Origin: Bacilli bacterium
GTDB lineage: Bacteria; Bacillota_I; Bacilli_A; Erysipelotrichales; Coprobacillaceae
Length of the DNA stretch: 64,000 nt
Assembly: GCA_036308445.1 (NCBI GenBank)
Contig: JAXJVS010000042.1
Location: 3,805-67,804 of the forward strand
Direction of reading: 5' to 3'
This document shows, piece by piece, positions 10,488 through 20,781 of the stretch (its first letter is position 1; every line of letters starts with the position of its first letter). The notes beneath the pieces were generated by a model. That model had not been told where the DNA came from. It did not search any database and worked only from the letters and a program-made list of their open reading frames with translations. The position numbers and the translations under genes are program-made.

Positions 10488-13400
10488 ATGATGAATAAAG
10501 TTTATCGTATTTATGTAGAAAAAAGAAAAGAGTTTGCTGTAGAGGCTGCTGAAATCTTAGAAAACTTAAAAACACAATTAAAATTGAGTGATTTAGAAGC
10601 TTTAAGTGTTGTTAATCGTTATGATGTCCAAGGTGTTAGTGAAGAAGTATTGAATCAGGGAATTCCTACTATTTTAGCAGAACCTATGGTTGATGATGTT
10701 TTAATGGAAGATTATCCAGTAAGTGATGGATCAATTGTGTTTGCAATTGAGTATCTTCCTGGTCAATATGATCAAAGAGCTGATGCTTGTGAACAATGTT
10801 TTCAATTATTAACTGGAGAAAAGAATGTTAAAGTTAAATGTGCTAAGTTAATTGTATTAACTGGTGAATTAACAAAAGAGGATGTCAAACGTGTTCAAAA
10901 CTATTTAATCAATCCGGTAGATCAGAGATTAGCTAATTTAGCAAAACCTGAAGATTTAGCAGATACTGAAGTGGTGATTAATCCTGTACCAGTAATTGAA
11001 GGATTTATTAACTTTGATGACGAACAATTACATCAGTATATTAAAGATAATGGCATGGCTATGAACTATGATGATCTTAAAGTTACACAGGATTATTTTA
11101 AAGATGAAGAACATAGAGATCCTACTGAAACTGAATTAAAGGTATTAGATACATATTGGTCTGATCATTGTCGTCATACAACATTTGCAACTATTATTAC
11201 TGATTTAGATATTGAAAGTGGAGCTTTCAAAGAAATATTAGCTAAAGATGTTGAAGATTATAAAACTTCTAGACATTTAGTTTATGGAGTAGATACAAAA
11301 CGTCCATTAACTTTAATGGATTTAGCAACTATCTCTATGAAAGAATTAAGAAAAACAGGATATTTAGATGATTTAGAAGTTTCTGAAGAAATTAATGCTT
11401 GTTCAGTTGAATTGAAAGTCCACACAACAGATGGTGAAGAAGACTGGTTATTAATGTTTAAAAATGAAACACATAACCACCCAACAGAAATTGAACCTTT
11501 TGGGGGAGCTGCAACTTGTTTAGGTGGAGCTATTCGTGATCCATTATCTGGTCGAGCATATGTATATCAATCTATGCGTATCACTGGTGCAGGTGATCCT
11601 AGAAAATCATTAGATGAAACTTTAAAAGGAAAACTTCCTCAAAGAAAAATCTGTCAAGAAGCTGCTCATGGTTTTTCAAGCTATGGTAATCAGATTGGCT
11701 TGACTACTGGTTATGTTCATGAAATTTATGATGAAGGATATGTTGCGAAAAGAATGGAAGTGGGAGCAGTAGTAGCTGCTGCACCAAAAGAACAAGTGAA
11801 ACGTTTAGAGCCTTTAAAAGATCATATTGTTTTATTGATTGGTGGTAGAACAGGTAGAGATGGTATTGGTGGAGCTACAGGTTCTTCTAAATCTCATGAG
11901 TTAAAAACAACTACAACTGCTGGAGCTGAGGTTCAAAAAGGAAATCCAGTAGAAGAAAGAAAAATTCAAAGATTATTTAGAAACAAAGCTGTTTCTGAAA
12001 AAATTATTAGATGTAATGACTTTGGAGCAGGTGGGGTCTGTGTAGCAGTAGGAGAGCTTGCACCAGGTTTAAATATTAATTTAGATGCTGTATTAAAGAA
12101 ATATGAAGGGTTAACTGGTACTGAGTTAGCTATTTCTGAATCTCAAGAACGTATGGCAATCGTTATTGAAGAAAAAGATGAAGAATTTATTAAACAAGCA
12201 TGTTTTGATGAAAACTTAGAAGTGGTAAGAGTTGCAGTTGTAACTGATAATAATCGTTTAACTATGAATTATTTAGGACAAACTGTAGTTGATATTGATA
12301 GAGCATTCTTAGATAAAAATGGTGCTTCTCGTCATCAGAACATAGAAGTTAAATTACCAGATTTCGAAAATACTCCTTTTGATGAAGTTAAACAAAATTC
12401 ATTTATTGAAACTTCTAAGGAAGTATTAAGTCGTTTGTCTGTATGTGGTCAAAAAGGATTAATTGAAAGATTTGACTCTTCAATTGGTAATAATACTGTA
12501 TTGTCACCTTTTGGTGGTAGAACTTTAAGAACTGAAACGGAAGGTATGGCTGCATTAATTCCTGTACTAGGTAAAGAAACAACAACATGTTCTATTATGA
12601 GTTATGGATATAATCCAGTTATTTCTAAATGGTCACCATATCATGGTAGTATGTATGCAATTGTTGAATCTGTAGCTAAGATTGTTGCTATGGGAGGAAA
12701 TTATCATACAATTCGTTTCTCATTCCAGGAATATTTTGAAAAATTATTAGATGTTCCTTCTAAATGGGGTAAACCTTTTGCAGCATTACTAGGAGCTTAT
12801 AGAGTACAATCTGAATTAAAATTACCTTCTATTGGTGGTAAAGATTCTATGTCTGGTTCTTTTGAAGATTTAGATGTTCCTCCGACATTAGTTTCATTTG
12901 CAATTACTGGCGGGGATGTTAAATATGTAATGACTCCGGAATTAAAAGAAGCAGGACATACTTTAGTGGAATTTGTATTACCTAAAGATGAATTCTATGT
13001 ATATGATTTTGATGCATTAAAAGTTCAATATGATGCTATTATGGATTTAATGAAAGCTGGAAAAGTTTATAGTGCTTATACAGTTAAAGATGGTGGTATT
13101 ATTGAAGCTGTTTATAAGATGGCGTTTGGTAATGCAGTAGGTGTTGAATTAAATAATGATTTAACACTAGAAACATTAGTTGAAAAGAATTATGGTAACA
13201 TTATTGTTGAAGTAGAAAATGATGATGTTGTTGTATTAGAGAATACACGAATCATTGGTCATACAACTCATACTAATAGCATTGCTTATAACAATGAATT
13301 ATTATCATTAGATGAAGCATATAAAGTATATGCTGATGTATTAGATGATGTATATCCTACAACTGCTATTGCTCCGACTCATGAAGTGATGATTAAAGAT

Positions 13401-14249
13401 TGTAATGAAAGACCGGTATTAAAAGCTGCTAAAACTTACGATGAAGTTAATGTTGTTATTCCTGTATTCCCAGGAACGAACTGTGAATATGATTCAAAAC
13501 GTGCTTTTGAAAAAGCTGGTGCAAAGGTTGAATTGGTATTGATTAGAAATAAAACAGAAGAAGATATTAAGAAATCTGTTGATGAATTAGAAGCTGCTAT
13601 TAAAAATGCACAGATTATTATGATTCCAGGTGGATTTAGTGCTGGTGATGAACCAGAAGGTTCTGGTAAATTTATTGCAACAGTACTAAGAAATCCTAAA
13701 TTAAGTAATGCTATTACTGATTTATTAGAAAATAGAGATGGTTTAATGATTGGTATTTGTAATGGATTCCAGGCTTTAGTGAAACTTGGATTATTGCCTT
13801 ATGGTAAGATTAAAACTATGGATAAAAATGATCCAACATTAACATTTAATACGATTGGTCGTCACTTATCTCAAATGGTTAATACAAGAATTACTTCTAT
13901 CAAATCTCCTTGGTTAGCAAATGTAAAAGTAGGGGATATTCATACTGTACCTATCAGTCATGGTGAAGGTCGTTTTGTTGCACCAAAAGAAGTATTAGAA
14001 GAATTATTTGAAAATGGTCAAGTATTTAGTCAGTATGTGGATGAGAAAGGTCAACCGACAATGGTTTCTCCTTATAATCCTAATGGTTCTATGATGGCTA
14101 TAGAGGGTATTGTATCTAAAGATGGTAGAGTTATTGGAAAGATGGCTCATAGTGAACGTCAAGGAGATAATAGAAATAAGAATATTTATGGTGAAATGGA
14201 TCAGTTATTATTTGAAGCTGGTGTAAATTATTTTAAAGGTGGTAAATAA
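10488..14249 (+). CDS. purL: Phosphoribosylformylglycinamidine synthase, single-chain large form (PurS/PurL/PurQ fused)
   Basis: 1253-aa ORF with FGAM-synthetase domains and a C-terminal glutamine amidotransferase (GICNGFQ, HGEGR). Confidence 0.95.
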   Translation: MMNKVYRIYVEKRKEFAVEAAEILENLKTQLKLSDLEALSVVNRYDVQGVSEEVLNQGIPTILAEPMVDDVLMEDYPVSDGSIVFAIEYLPGQYDQRADACEQCFQLLTGEKNVKVKCAKLIVLTGELTKEDVKRVQNYLINPVDQRLANLAKPEDLADTEVVINPVPVIEGFINFDDEQLHQYIKDNGMAMNYDDLKVTQDYFKDEEHRDPTETELKVLDTYWSDHCRHTTFATIITDLDIESGAFKEILAKDVEDYKTSRHLVYGVDTKRPLTLMDLATISMKELRKTGYLDDLEVSEEINACSVELKVHTTDGEEDWLLMFKNETHNHPTEIEPFGGAATCLGGAIRDPLSGRAYVYQSMRITGAGDPRKSLDETLKGKLPQRKICQEAAHGFSSYGNQIGLTTGYVHEIYDEGYVAKRMEVGAVVAAAPKEQVKRLEPLKDHIVLLIGGRTGRDGIGGATGSSKSHELKTTTTAGAEVQKGNPVEERKIQRLFRNKAVSEKIIRCNDFGAGGVCVAVGELAPGLNINLDAVLKKYEGLTGTELAISESQERMAIVIEEKDEEFIKQACFDENLEVVRVAVVTDNNRLTMNYLGQTVVDIDRAFLDKNGASRHQNIEVKLPDFENTPFDEVKQNSFIETSKEVLSRLSVCGQKGLIERFDSSIGNNTVLSPFGGRTLRTETEGMAALIPVLGKETTTCSIMSYGYNPVISKWSPYHGSMYAIVESVAKIVAMGGNYHTIRFSFQEYFEKLLDVPSKWGKPFAALLGAYRVQSELKLPSIGGKDSMSGSFEDLDVPPTLVSFAITGGDVKYVMTPELKEAGHTLVEFVLPKDEFYVYDFDALKVQYDAIMDLMKAGKVYSAYTVKDGGIIEAVYKMAFGNAVGVELNNDLTLETLVEKNYGNIIVEVENDDVVVLENTRIIGHTTHTNSIAYNNELLSLDEAYKVYADVLDDVYPTTAIAPTHEVMIKDCNERPVLKAAKTYDEVNVVIPVFPGTNCEYDSKRAFEKAGAKVELVLIRNKTEEDIKKSVDELEAAIKNAQIIMIPGGFSAGDEPEGSGKFIATVLRNPKLSNAITDLLENRDGLMIGICNGFQALVKLGLLPYGKIKTMDKNDPTLTFNTIGRHLSQMVNTRITSIKSPWLANVKVGDIHTVPISHGEGRFVAPKEVLEELFENGQVFSQYVDEKGQPTMVSPYNPNGSMMAIEGIVSKDGRVIGKMAHSERQGDNRNKNIYGEMDQLLFEAGVNYFKGGK

Positions 14250-15632
14250 ATGGAAAGACAAGAATTTGAAAGCTTAACTCTTTGTCCTTTGGATGGTCGT
14301 TATTCTGGTATTAAAGATGCTTTAGGTGAATATTTTAGTGAATATGCTTTAGTTAAATATAGAGTTTTTGTTGAAATTCAATGGTTAAAGTTTTTAATTG
14401 AAAATATTGATAGTGATATTTTAGCAAAATTCAATAAAGATGAAATGAATAAAATTGAAGCTATTTCAAGTGAATTTAATTATGAATCTTTTAAAGCAAT
14501 TAAAGATATTGAGTCAGTAACTCGTCATGATGTGAAAGCTGTTGAATACTTTATTGGTAATTGTTTAAAAGAATTGGGATATGATTATTTGATTAGCTTT
14601 GTTCATATTGGATGTACTTCTGAAGATATTAATAATACATCTTATGCTTGCATGTTAAAATATGGATTAAAAAATGTATGGTTACCAAAAGCAAAAGAAT
14701 TTGCTGAAATCATTAACAATTGGGCAGAAGAACATAAAGATGATGCTATGTTAGCACATACACATGGACAACCTGCAACTCCAACTACAATTGGAAAAGA
14801 ATTTAAAGTTTACGCTTACCGTTTTTTATCAAGCATTGAGAATGTTGAGAGTATTAAGATTAAGGCTAAGTTTAATGGCGCTACAGGAAATTATAGTGCT
14901 ATTTTAACAGCTTTCCCTAATACTGATTGGCAATCTATGTCTAAGAAATTTGTTGAAGAATATTTAGGGTTGACTTTTAATCCTTTGACAACTCAGATTG
15001 AAAGTCATGACTATACTTGTCATATCTTAGATGGTATTCGTCATTTTAATAATGTATTAGTTGATTTTGATGTTGATATGTGGTTATACATTTCTATGGA
15101 ATACTTTAAACAAATTCCTGTTAAAGGTGAAGTAGGAAGTAGTACTATGCCTCATAAGGTTAATCCTATTCGTTTTGAAAATAGTGAAGCTAATGTAGAT
15201 ATGTCTAATAATATTTGTGTAGCTTTATCTAACAAATTACCTAGATCAAGAATGCAAAGAGATTTATCTGATTCTTCTAGTCAAAGAAACATCGGTTTAG
15301 CATTTGGTTATTCTTTACAAGCTGTTAATGAAACAATGAATGGTTTAGCTAAATGTGTGGTTAATAAGGAAAAGTTAGCTTCTGATTTAAATGAAAAATG
15401 GGAAGTATTAGCAGAACCTATTCAAACAATGCTTAGAAAATATGGTGTACCAGATGCTTATGATACTTTAAAAGCATTAACAAGAGGTAAAAATATTTCT
15501 AAAGAAGATATTTTGAAATTTGCAGAAAGTTTAGATATGTTAAGCGAAGAAGATCGTGCTACTTTGGTTAACATGACTCCTGCTTCTTATATTGGTTTAG
15601 CGGATAAATTAGCTCAATTAAAGTTACAATAA
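14250..15632 (+). CDS. purB: Adenylosuccinate lyase (long, E. coli-type form)
   Basis: 460 aa with N-terminal PLDGRYS..FSEYALVKYRVFVEIQWL and the fumarate-lyase signature GSSTMPHKVNP. It starts 1 nt after the purL stop. Confidence 0.94.
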   Translation: MERQEFESLTLCPLDGRYSGIKDALGEYFSEYALVKYRVFVEIQWLKFLIENIDSDILAKFNKDEMNKIEAISSEFNYESFKAIKDIESVTRHDVKAVEYFIGNCLKELGYDYLISFVHIGCTSEDINNTSYACMLKYGLKNVWLPKAKEFAEIINNWAEEHKDDAMLAHTHGQPATPTTIGKEFKVYAYRFLSSIENVESIKIKAKFNGATGNYSAILTAFPNTDWQSMSKKFVEEYLGLTFNPLTTQIESHDYTCHILDGIRHFNNVLVDFDVDMWLYISMEYFKQIPVKGEVGSSTMPHKVNPIRFENSEANVDMSNNICVALSNKLPRSRMQRDLSDSSSQRNIGLAFGYSLQAVNETMNGLAKCVVNKEKLASDLNEKWEVLAEPIQTMLRKYGVPDAYDTLKALTRGKNISKEDILKFAESLDMLSEEDRATLVNMTPASYIGLADKLAQLKLQ

Positions 15633-15638
15633 TATAAA

Positions 15639-15670
15639 TTAACACCCAATTGATTTGGGTGTTAATTTTA
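15639..15670 (+). terminator. Rho-independent terminator of the fhs-pur operon
   Basis: Perfect 11-bp stem TTAACACCCAA / TTGGGTGTTAA with a 5-nt loop followed by a T-rich tail, 7 nt after the purB stop. Confidence 0.85.
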
Positions 15671-15734
15671 TGTAAAATCAATTTTAAAAGGTTAGTTAAT
15701 AATATTATAAGTAAAATGAAATAAGTAAATTGTT

Positions 15735-15792
15735 TGTTAAGAAATGTTAAGATTGTGTTAAGAATATTTACGTTGAGTGAAGATTGTGTTAA
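15735..15792. promoter_or_regulatory. Phased TGTTAA (= TTAACA on the other strand) direct repeats; candidate OmpR/PhoB-family response-regulator site
   Basis: TGTTAA occurs at 15735, 15745, 15756 and 15787, giving spacings of 10, 11 and 31 nt. The middle pair reads TGTTAA-N5-TGTTAA. The 12-mer AGATTGTGTTAA occurs twice. The array lies 30-90 nt upstream of the Na/Pi cotransporter start. Confidence 0.45.
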
Positions 15793-15823
15793 TCTTTGCT
15801 TAGTAATATAGGAGGTTTTATCT

Positions 15824-17494
15824 ATGGATATAACAAATATATTTTCTATGGCTGGTGGATTAGCATTATTTTTATATGGTATGAATATGATGTCTAATGG
15901 TCTAGAACTAGCTGCAGGAAATAAAATGCAAGCAATATTAGAAAAATTAACGTCAAATCGTTTTTTAGGAGTTATCGTTGGAGCTTTGATTACAGCTTTA
16001 ATTCAATCTTCATCTGCAACTACTGTTATGGCTGTGGGATTTGTTAATTCAGGTTTAATGAAACTTGAGAATGCTGTTTGGGTTATTATGGGAGCTAACA
16101 TTGGGACAACAATTACGGGACAATTAATTGCTATTGATATTACAGCAATTGCTCCGGTTATTGCTTTTATTGGTGTGGCAATGATTGTTTTCTTTAAAAG
16201 TGAAAAACTTGATGCTTTTGGATCGATTTTTGCAGGTTTAGGGGTATTATTTATGGGTATGGATATGATGTCGGCTGCGATGTCACCTCTTAGAGAAATG
16301 CCTGAATTTGTTAATATCATTACTAAGTTTGAAAATCCTTTAATTGGTATCTTAGTTGGTGCAGGATTTACGGCTATTATTCAAAGTTCATCTGCATCGG
16401 TTGGTATTTTACAAGCCTTAGCAATGTCTGGGGTCATTACTTTACCATCTGCTATTTATGTATTATTTGGACAAAATATTGGAACATGTATTACTTCTGT
16501 TATTGCTTCTATTGGAACAAATAGAAATGCAAAACGTACTACAATTATTCATTTATCATTCAATATTATAGGAACAGTTATTTTTGTTATTATTAGTATG
16601 TTATTCCCATTTGCTGAATTTATGCAATCGATAACACCTACAAATGTAGCTGCTCAGATTGCAAATACACATACTGTCTTTAATATTGTAACAACAATAT
16701 TATTGATTCCAGTAGGTGAGAAATTAGTTAAATTGACATATCTAGTTCTACCAGAAGTTGCTGAAGAAAAAGAAAACTTGACATTAAAGTATTTGGATTT
16801 TAATGTATTTACTAATGATTATCATTTAGGTACAAGTGCTATTGCTAATACTCAATTATTTAATGAAACTCAAAATATGTTAACTGTAACTACTGAAAAT
16901 GTTAGACGTTCTTTTGATTTAATGGTTCAATTCAATCAAGAAAGATATGAAAGATTACTAAAAACAGAAGAATATATTAATTACCTAAATAAAGGAATCA
17001 CTAAGTTTACAACAAATGCTATTGTTGAAGAGTCTCCTTTAAAGGAATCACAGGCAATTAGTTTATTTATGAAGATTGCTGGTGATTTGGAAAGAATTGG
17101 AGATCATGCTGTAGACATTGCTAACCGTGCTAAATTATTAAATGATAATGATGAAAGATTTTCTAGCGAAGCTATGGAAGAAATTAGAATTATGAGTTCG
17201 TTAACTAATAGTATTTTAGATGAATTGAAAATTTTATCTCATGATGAATTAACAAATATAACTGAAAAAGTCGATGTTATTGAAGAAAGCATCGATGCAA
17301 CAACAAATGAATTTGCTGCTAATCAATTGAAAAGATTATCAAATAAGTCTTGTACTGCAGAACATAGTGTTATTTTCACGAAAACACTTACTGATTTTGA
17401 ACGTATTGGTGATCATGGATTAAATATCGCAAAAAGTTTTAGTAAGATTAAAGATATTCTTGCGGCAATGAAAATGGTTAAGGCTGAGCAATAA
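15824..17494 (+). CDS. Na+/phosphate cotransporter family protein with C-terminal PhoU-like repeats
   Basis: It has the GGLALFLYGM..QSSSATT repeat pair of Na/Pi cotransporters and two ERIGDH PhoU-type motifs. RBS is GGAGG. Confidence 0.9.
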   Translation: MDITNIFSMAGGLALFLYGMNMMSNGLELAAGNKMQAILEKLTSNRFLGVIVGALITALIQSSSATTVMAVGFVNSGLMKLENAVWVIMGANIGTTITGQLIAIDITAIAPVIAFIGVAMIVFFKSEKLDAFGSIFAGLGVLFMGMDMMSAAMSPLREMPEFVNIITKFENPLIGILVGAGFTAIIQSSSASVGILQALAMSGVITLPSAIYVLFGQNIGTCITSVIASIGTNRNAKRTTIIHLSFNIIGTVIFVIISMLFPFAEFMQSITPTNVAAQIANTHTVFNIVTTILLIPVGEKLVKLTYLVLPEVAEEKENLTLKYLDFNVFTNDYHLGTSAIANTQLFNETQNMLTVTTENVRRSFDLMVQFNQERYERLLKTEEYINYLNKGITKFTTNAIVEESPLKESQAISLFMKIAGDLERIGDHAVDIANRAKLLNDNDERFSSEAMEEIRIMSSLTNSILDELKILSHDELTNITEKVDVIEESIDATTNEFAANQLKRLSNKSCTAEHSVIFTKTLTDFERIGDHGLNIAKSFSKIKDILAAMKMVKAEQ

Positions 17495-17544
17495 TGCTTA
17501 GCTTTTTCTTTTGTATTGTATTATACTTATATTGGGTGATTAAT

Positions 17545-17814
17545 ATGATAAGAAAGAGAATTGTGTTTAAAGGAAGAGTTCAAGGTGTTGGTTTTAGGTT
17601 TACTGCTGTTAGATACGCATCTCATCTTGGGTTATCAGGATGGGTAAAAAATATGTATGATGGTAGTGTATTGATGGAAGTGCAAGGTCATCTCTCATTG
17701 ATTAATCAATTAATGAATTATCTAAATAATGATCATTATATTAGAATCGATGAAATGAATGAAAGAAATATCGATATAAAAGAAAGCGAAAGTGGATTTG
17801 GTGTAAAATATTAA
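17545..17814 (+). CDS. acyP: Acylphosphatase
   Basis: The FKGRVQGVGFRF signature is present in a product of about 90 aa. ATG at 17545 is preferred over the ORF-track start at 17494. Confidence 0.85.
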   Translation: MIRKRIVFKGRVQGVGFRFTAVRYASHLGLSGWVKNMYDGSVLMEVQGHLSLINQLMNYLNNDHYIRIDEMNERNIDIKESESGFGVKY

Positions 17815-17842
17815 AACAGCTCTTTTGTGAGCTGTTATTTTA
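17813..17842. terminator. Bidirectional hairpin terminator between convergent genes
   Basis: Stem AACAGCTC / GAGCTGTT with a T-rich flank, lying between the acylphosphatase (+) and the DUF2812-like gene (-). Confidence 0.7.
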
Positions 17843-18833
17843 TTTCAAAAGTTGTATTTATTATAATAACCATATTATTTTGAAGAGTTAATTTTAAATA
17901 TGCTTTATTTTCATAATATCCTAGATATTCATTGTTGCTTGTTTTTTTGAATTTATCCACATATAATTTATCTGGTTTTGATAATAGATTCTTGAACAAT
18001 GCTTGTGCTTTTTCATTGTTATCGAACAGATAAACTTGTGAATATAATGATTTTTCTTGATTAGCTGTATATTCGATGTATTCATAACTTTCTGGTATAA
18101 GGATACTAGTATGCTTGATGATCGAATATTCAGTTTTTTCATTAATTTGATATTCTGTTAAAGTAGGAATATAACTAGGTTTTGCCTTTGGCACTGTTGT
18201 ATTAATGACATCTAATACTAATCCTATAATCATCAAAAGAACAGTTATGATAGGAAATATAGTTGATAATATGTAATTTTTATTAAGATTTTTGTATAAT
18301 ATTTCTTTTTTTGAAAAACGATAAATACCTATCCATTTTAACAATGTTCTATATACTATAGCTAAAGAAATGAGAATTAGTGAAACATAATATAAAATCT
18401 TTCCATTTGTTGTTAAATCATATATGTTTAATGGAAATATAAAAAATATGAGAATAATAAAAAATAATAATAATGCAAGAGAGAAATGCAGTAGTCTCTT
18501 GTTTATTTCTTTTTCAGCAATATTTTGTTTGAAATGTCGAGGGTTGATTTCTTTTTCTCCCTTAAATACAAGTAGATTTTTAAAGGTAGAAATCAGCTCG
18601 TAATCATTTTCTAAATAATAATCTATATATTTTTGCTTATCTTCTCTTTTTTTAAGGATGGATTTTTCGTTAGATGTAAAAATGTCTACTAAATAATAAA
18701 CTGGTTTATCATTTTTTCTGAAAAATGTGATATAAGATATTTTATCAGTTGTATATCCTTCTTTTGCTATTTGATTTAATTTGTTTTGTAATAACTGATA
18801 TTCATAAATATCATAATGAAATAACTTAATCAT
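17835..18833 (-). CDS. DUF2812-like membrane protein (hypothetical)
   Basis: The N-terminal soluble segment (IKLFHYDIYEYQLLQNKLNQIAKEGY..) resembles DUF2812. Several TM helices sit mid-protein. RBS AAGGTGG lies 8 nt before the ATG at 18833. Confidence 0.55.
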   Translation of the reverse strand: MIKLFHYDIYEYQLLQNKLNQIAKEGYTTDKISYITFFRKNDKPVYYLVDIFTSNEKSILKKREDKQKYIDYYLENDYELISTFKNLLVFKGEKEINPRHFKQNIAEKEINKRLLHFSLALLLFFIILIFFIFPLNIYDLTTNGKILYYVSLILISLAIVYRTLLKWIGIYRFSKKEILYKNLNKNYILSTIFPIITVLLMIIGLVLDVINTTVPKAKPSYIPTLTEYQINEKTEYSIIKHTSILIPESYEYIEYTANQEKSLYSQVYLFDNNEKAQALFKNLLSKPDKLYVDKFKKTSNNEYLGYYENKAYLKLTLQNNMVIIINTTFEIK

Positions 18834-18961
18834 ATATTCTACCACCTTTTGATGAATTATATCAAAATATAATAAATATGTCTATTCTAAAGAAAAAATG
18901 TTAAAAAGTTGATAATAAATTATTTAATTGTTGTTTATGTGTAAAAAATATATTAAAATAA

Positions 18962-18978
18962 TGTTAAGTTTGTGTAAA
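18962..18978. promoter_or_regulatory. TGTTAA-N5-TGTAAA direct repeat upstream of the second Na/Pi cotransporter
   Basis: This is the same hexamer family and 11-nt phasing as at 15745-15761. It lies 31 nt upstream of the ATG at 19009. A further TGTTAA is at 18899. Confidence 0.4.
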
Positions 18979-19008
18979 GTTGGTTTAATAAATGAGGAGG
19001 AAACATTT

Positions 19009-20715
19009 ATGGATTTATCAATAGCGTTTAACTTGATGGGCGGATTAGGATTGTTCCTTTATGGAATGAAATTAATGAGTGATTCATTATCTAATGTTGC
19101 CGGAGCTAAACTACGTAGTATATTAGAAAAAATGACTAAAAATACTTTTGTTGGTTTGATTGTGGGGATGTTATTTACAGCAGTTGTACAGTCATCTTCA
19201 GCAACTACTGTTTTAGTCGTAAGCTTTGTTAATGCTGGATTAATGAATTTGTATCAGGCTACTGGTATTATTATGGGTGCTAATATTGGAACAACTATAA
19301 CTGGTCAGCTGATTGCATTTAATTTATCTGAAATAGCACCTTTATTTGTTCTTGGTGGTGTTATTATGATTATGGCATCTAAGAAACCAAATGTTCAAAA
19401 GATAGGGGAAGTTATTTTAGGGTTTGGTATTTTATTTGTTGGTTTAGCTACTATGTCTTCAGCTATGTCTACATTAAAAGATTCACCAATGATTACAAAT
19501 ACTCTATCATCATTAACGAATCCATTAATGGGAGTGTTGATTGGATTCTTATTTACTGCTGTATTGCAATCATCTTCTGCCACAGTTGGTATTGTTATTT
19601 TGCTTGCATCTCAAGGATTATTGGAATTATCAATCTGTTTCTTTATTATTTTAGGATGTAATATGGGTTCTTGTGTTTCTGCGTTAATTGCAAGTTTAGG
19701 TGGAAAGAAGAATGCAAAACGTGCAGCTTATATTCATTTTTTAATTAATATTTTTGGTTCTGCTGTGATTGTTGTATTATTATTATTGTTCATGCCTCAA
19801 ATTGAATATGGTATTTTAATGTTGACAGGTTCTCAAAATTTAACTGGTGCTGCTTTATTTGCTTCTAATGCGAGAAATGTTGCTAATGCACATACTATTT
19901 TTAAAGTGTTCCAAATTGCAATCTGTTATCCATTTGCTAAACATATTGTTAAATTAACTTATAAGATAGTACCAGGTGATGACTTGGAGAGAGGATTTGA
20001 GTTAAAATATATTAGTAATAAAGTTGCTTATAGTGCTACTACAGCTATTCCTCAAGTTATTCATGAGGTTGAACGTATGGCTGAAATTGCTAGAGAAAAT
20101 TTGAATTTAGCAGTTAATTCTTTATTGGAAGTAAATACTTCTGCTCAGGAAGAAATTGATAAAAATGAAGAACATATTGATTTCTTAAATCACCATATAT
20201 TTGAATATTTAAACCGTATTAATCAGACACCATTGCCTGAACAAGATTCAAAGATGATAGGACCTTTATTCCATGTTATTTCTGATATTGAGAGAATTGG
20301 TGATCATGCAAAAACAATTTCTAATATTACTGCCACATGTGCGAGAAAAGAATATAAATTTACTCAAAATAATAAAGTAGAAATTAGAGAATTATTAACA
20401 ATGGTTAATTCTGAACTTGAATTAAGTTTAGATATGTTTACCCATAAATCGGTTGAACATTTAACTGAAATTATTAAATTAGAAGAATTGATTGATAGAA
20501 AAGAAGATCGTCTTCAGAAGAATTATTTAACTGATATCAAGAAAAAAGAAACTGCTCCTAGAGAGGGTATGTTATATTCCGATGTAGCAGCTGCTCTTGA
20601 AAGAATAGGTGATCATGCCACTAATATTGCTTTCTCTATTTTAAATGAAGATAGTGAAGAAGTAAAACGATTATTAGAAGAAGAGCATGTAGATCCTGCT
20701 GATTATATTTTATAA
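19009..20715 (+). CDS. Na+/phosphate cotransporter family protein (paralog) with PhoU-like repeats
   Basis: Same architecture as 15824-17494 (GGLGLFLYGM, QSSSATT twice, ERIGDHA twice). RBS GAGGAGG lies before the ATG at 19009. Confidence 0.9.
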   Translation: MDLSIAFNLMGGLGLFLYGMKLMSDSLSNVAGAKLRSILEKMTKNTFVGLIVGMLFTAVVQSSSATTVLVVSFVNAGLMNLYQATGIIMGANIGTTITGQLIAFNLSEIAPLFVLGGVIMIMASKKPNVQKIGEVILGFGILFVGLATMSSAMSTLKDSPMITNTLSSLTNPLMGVLIGFLFTAVLQSSSATVGIVILLASQGLLELSICFFIILGCNMGSCVSALIASLGGKKNAKRAAYIHFLINIFGSAVIVVLLLLFMPQIEYGILMLTGSQNLTGAALFASNARNVANAHTIFKVFQIAICYPFAKHIVKLTYKIVPGDDLERGFELKYISNKVAYSATTAIPQVIHEVERMAEIARENLNLAVNSLLEVNTSAQEEIDKNEEHIDFLNHHIFEYLNRINQTPLPEQDSKMIGPLFHVISDIERIGDHAKTISNITATCARKEYKFTQNNKVEIRELLTMVNSELELSLDMFTHKSVEHLTEIIKLEELIDRKEDRLQKNYLTDIKKKETAPREGMLYSDVAAALERIGDHATNIAFSILNEDSEEVKRLLEEEHVDPADYIL

Positions 20716-20781
20716 GCCTACTATTAGGCTTTTTCTTTTTAAGATAAAGTGTTATAATACTTAACAATAAGGAGGGAGAGT

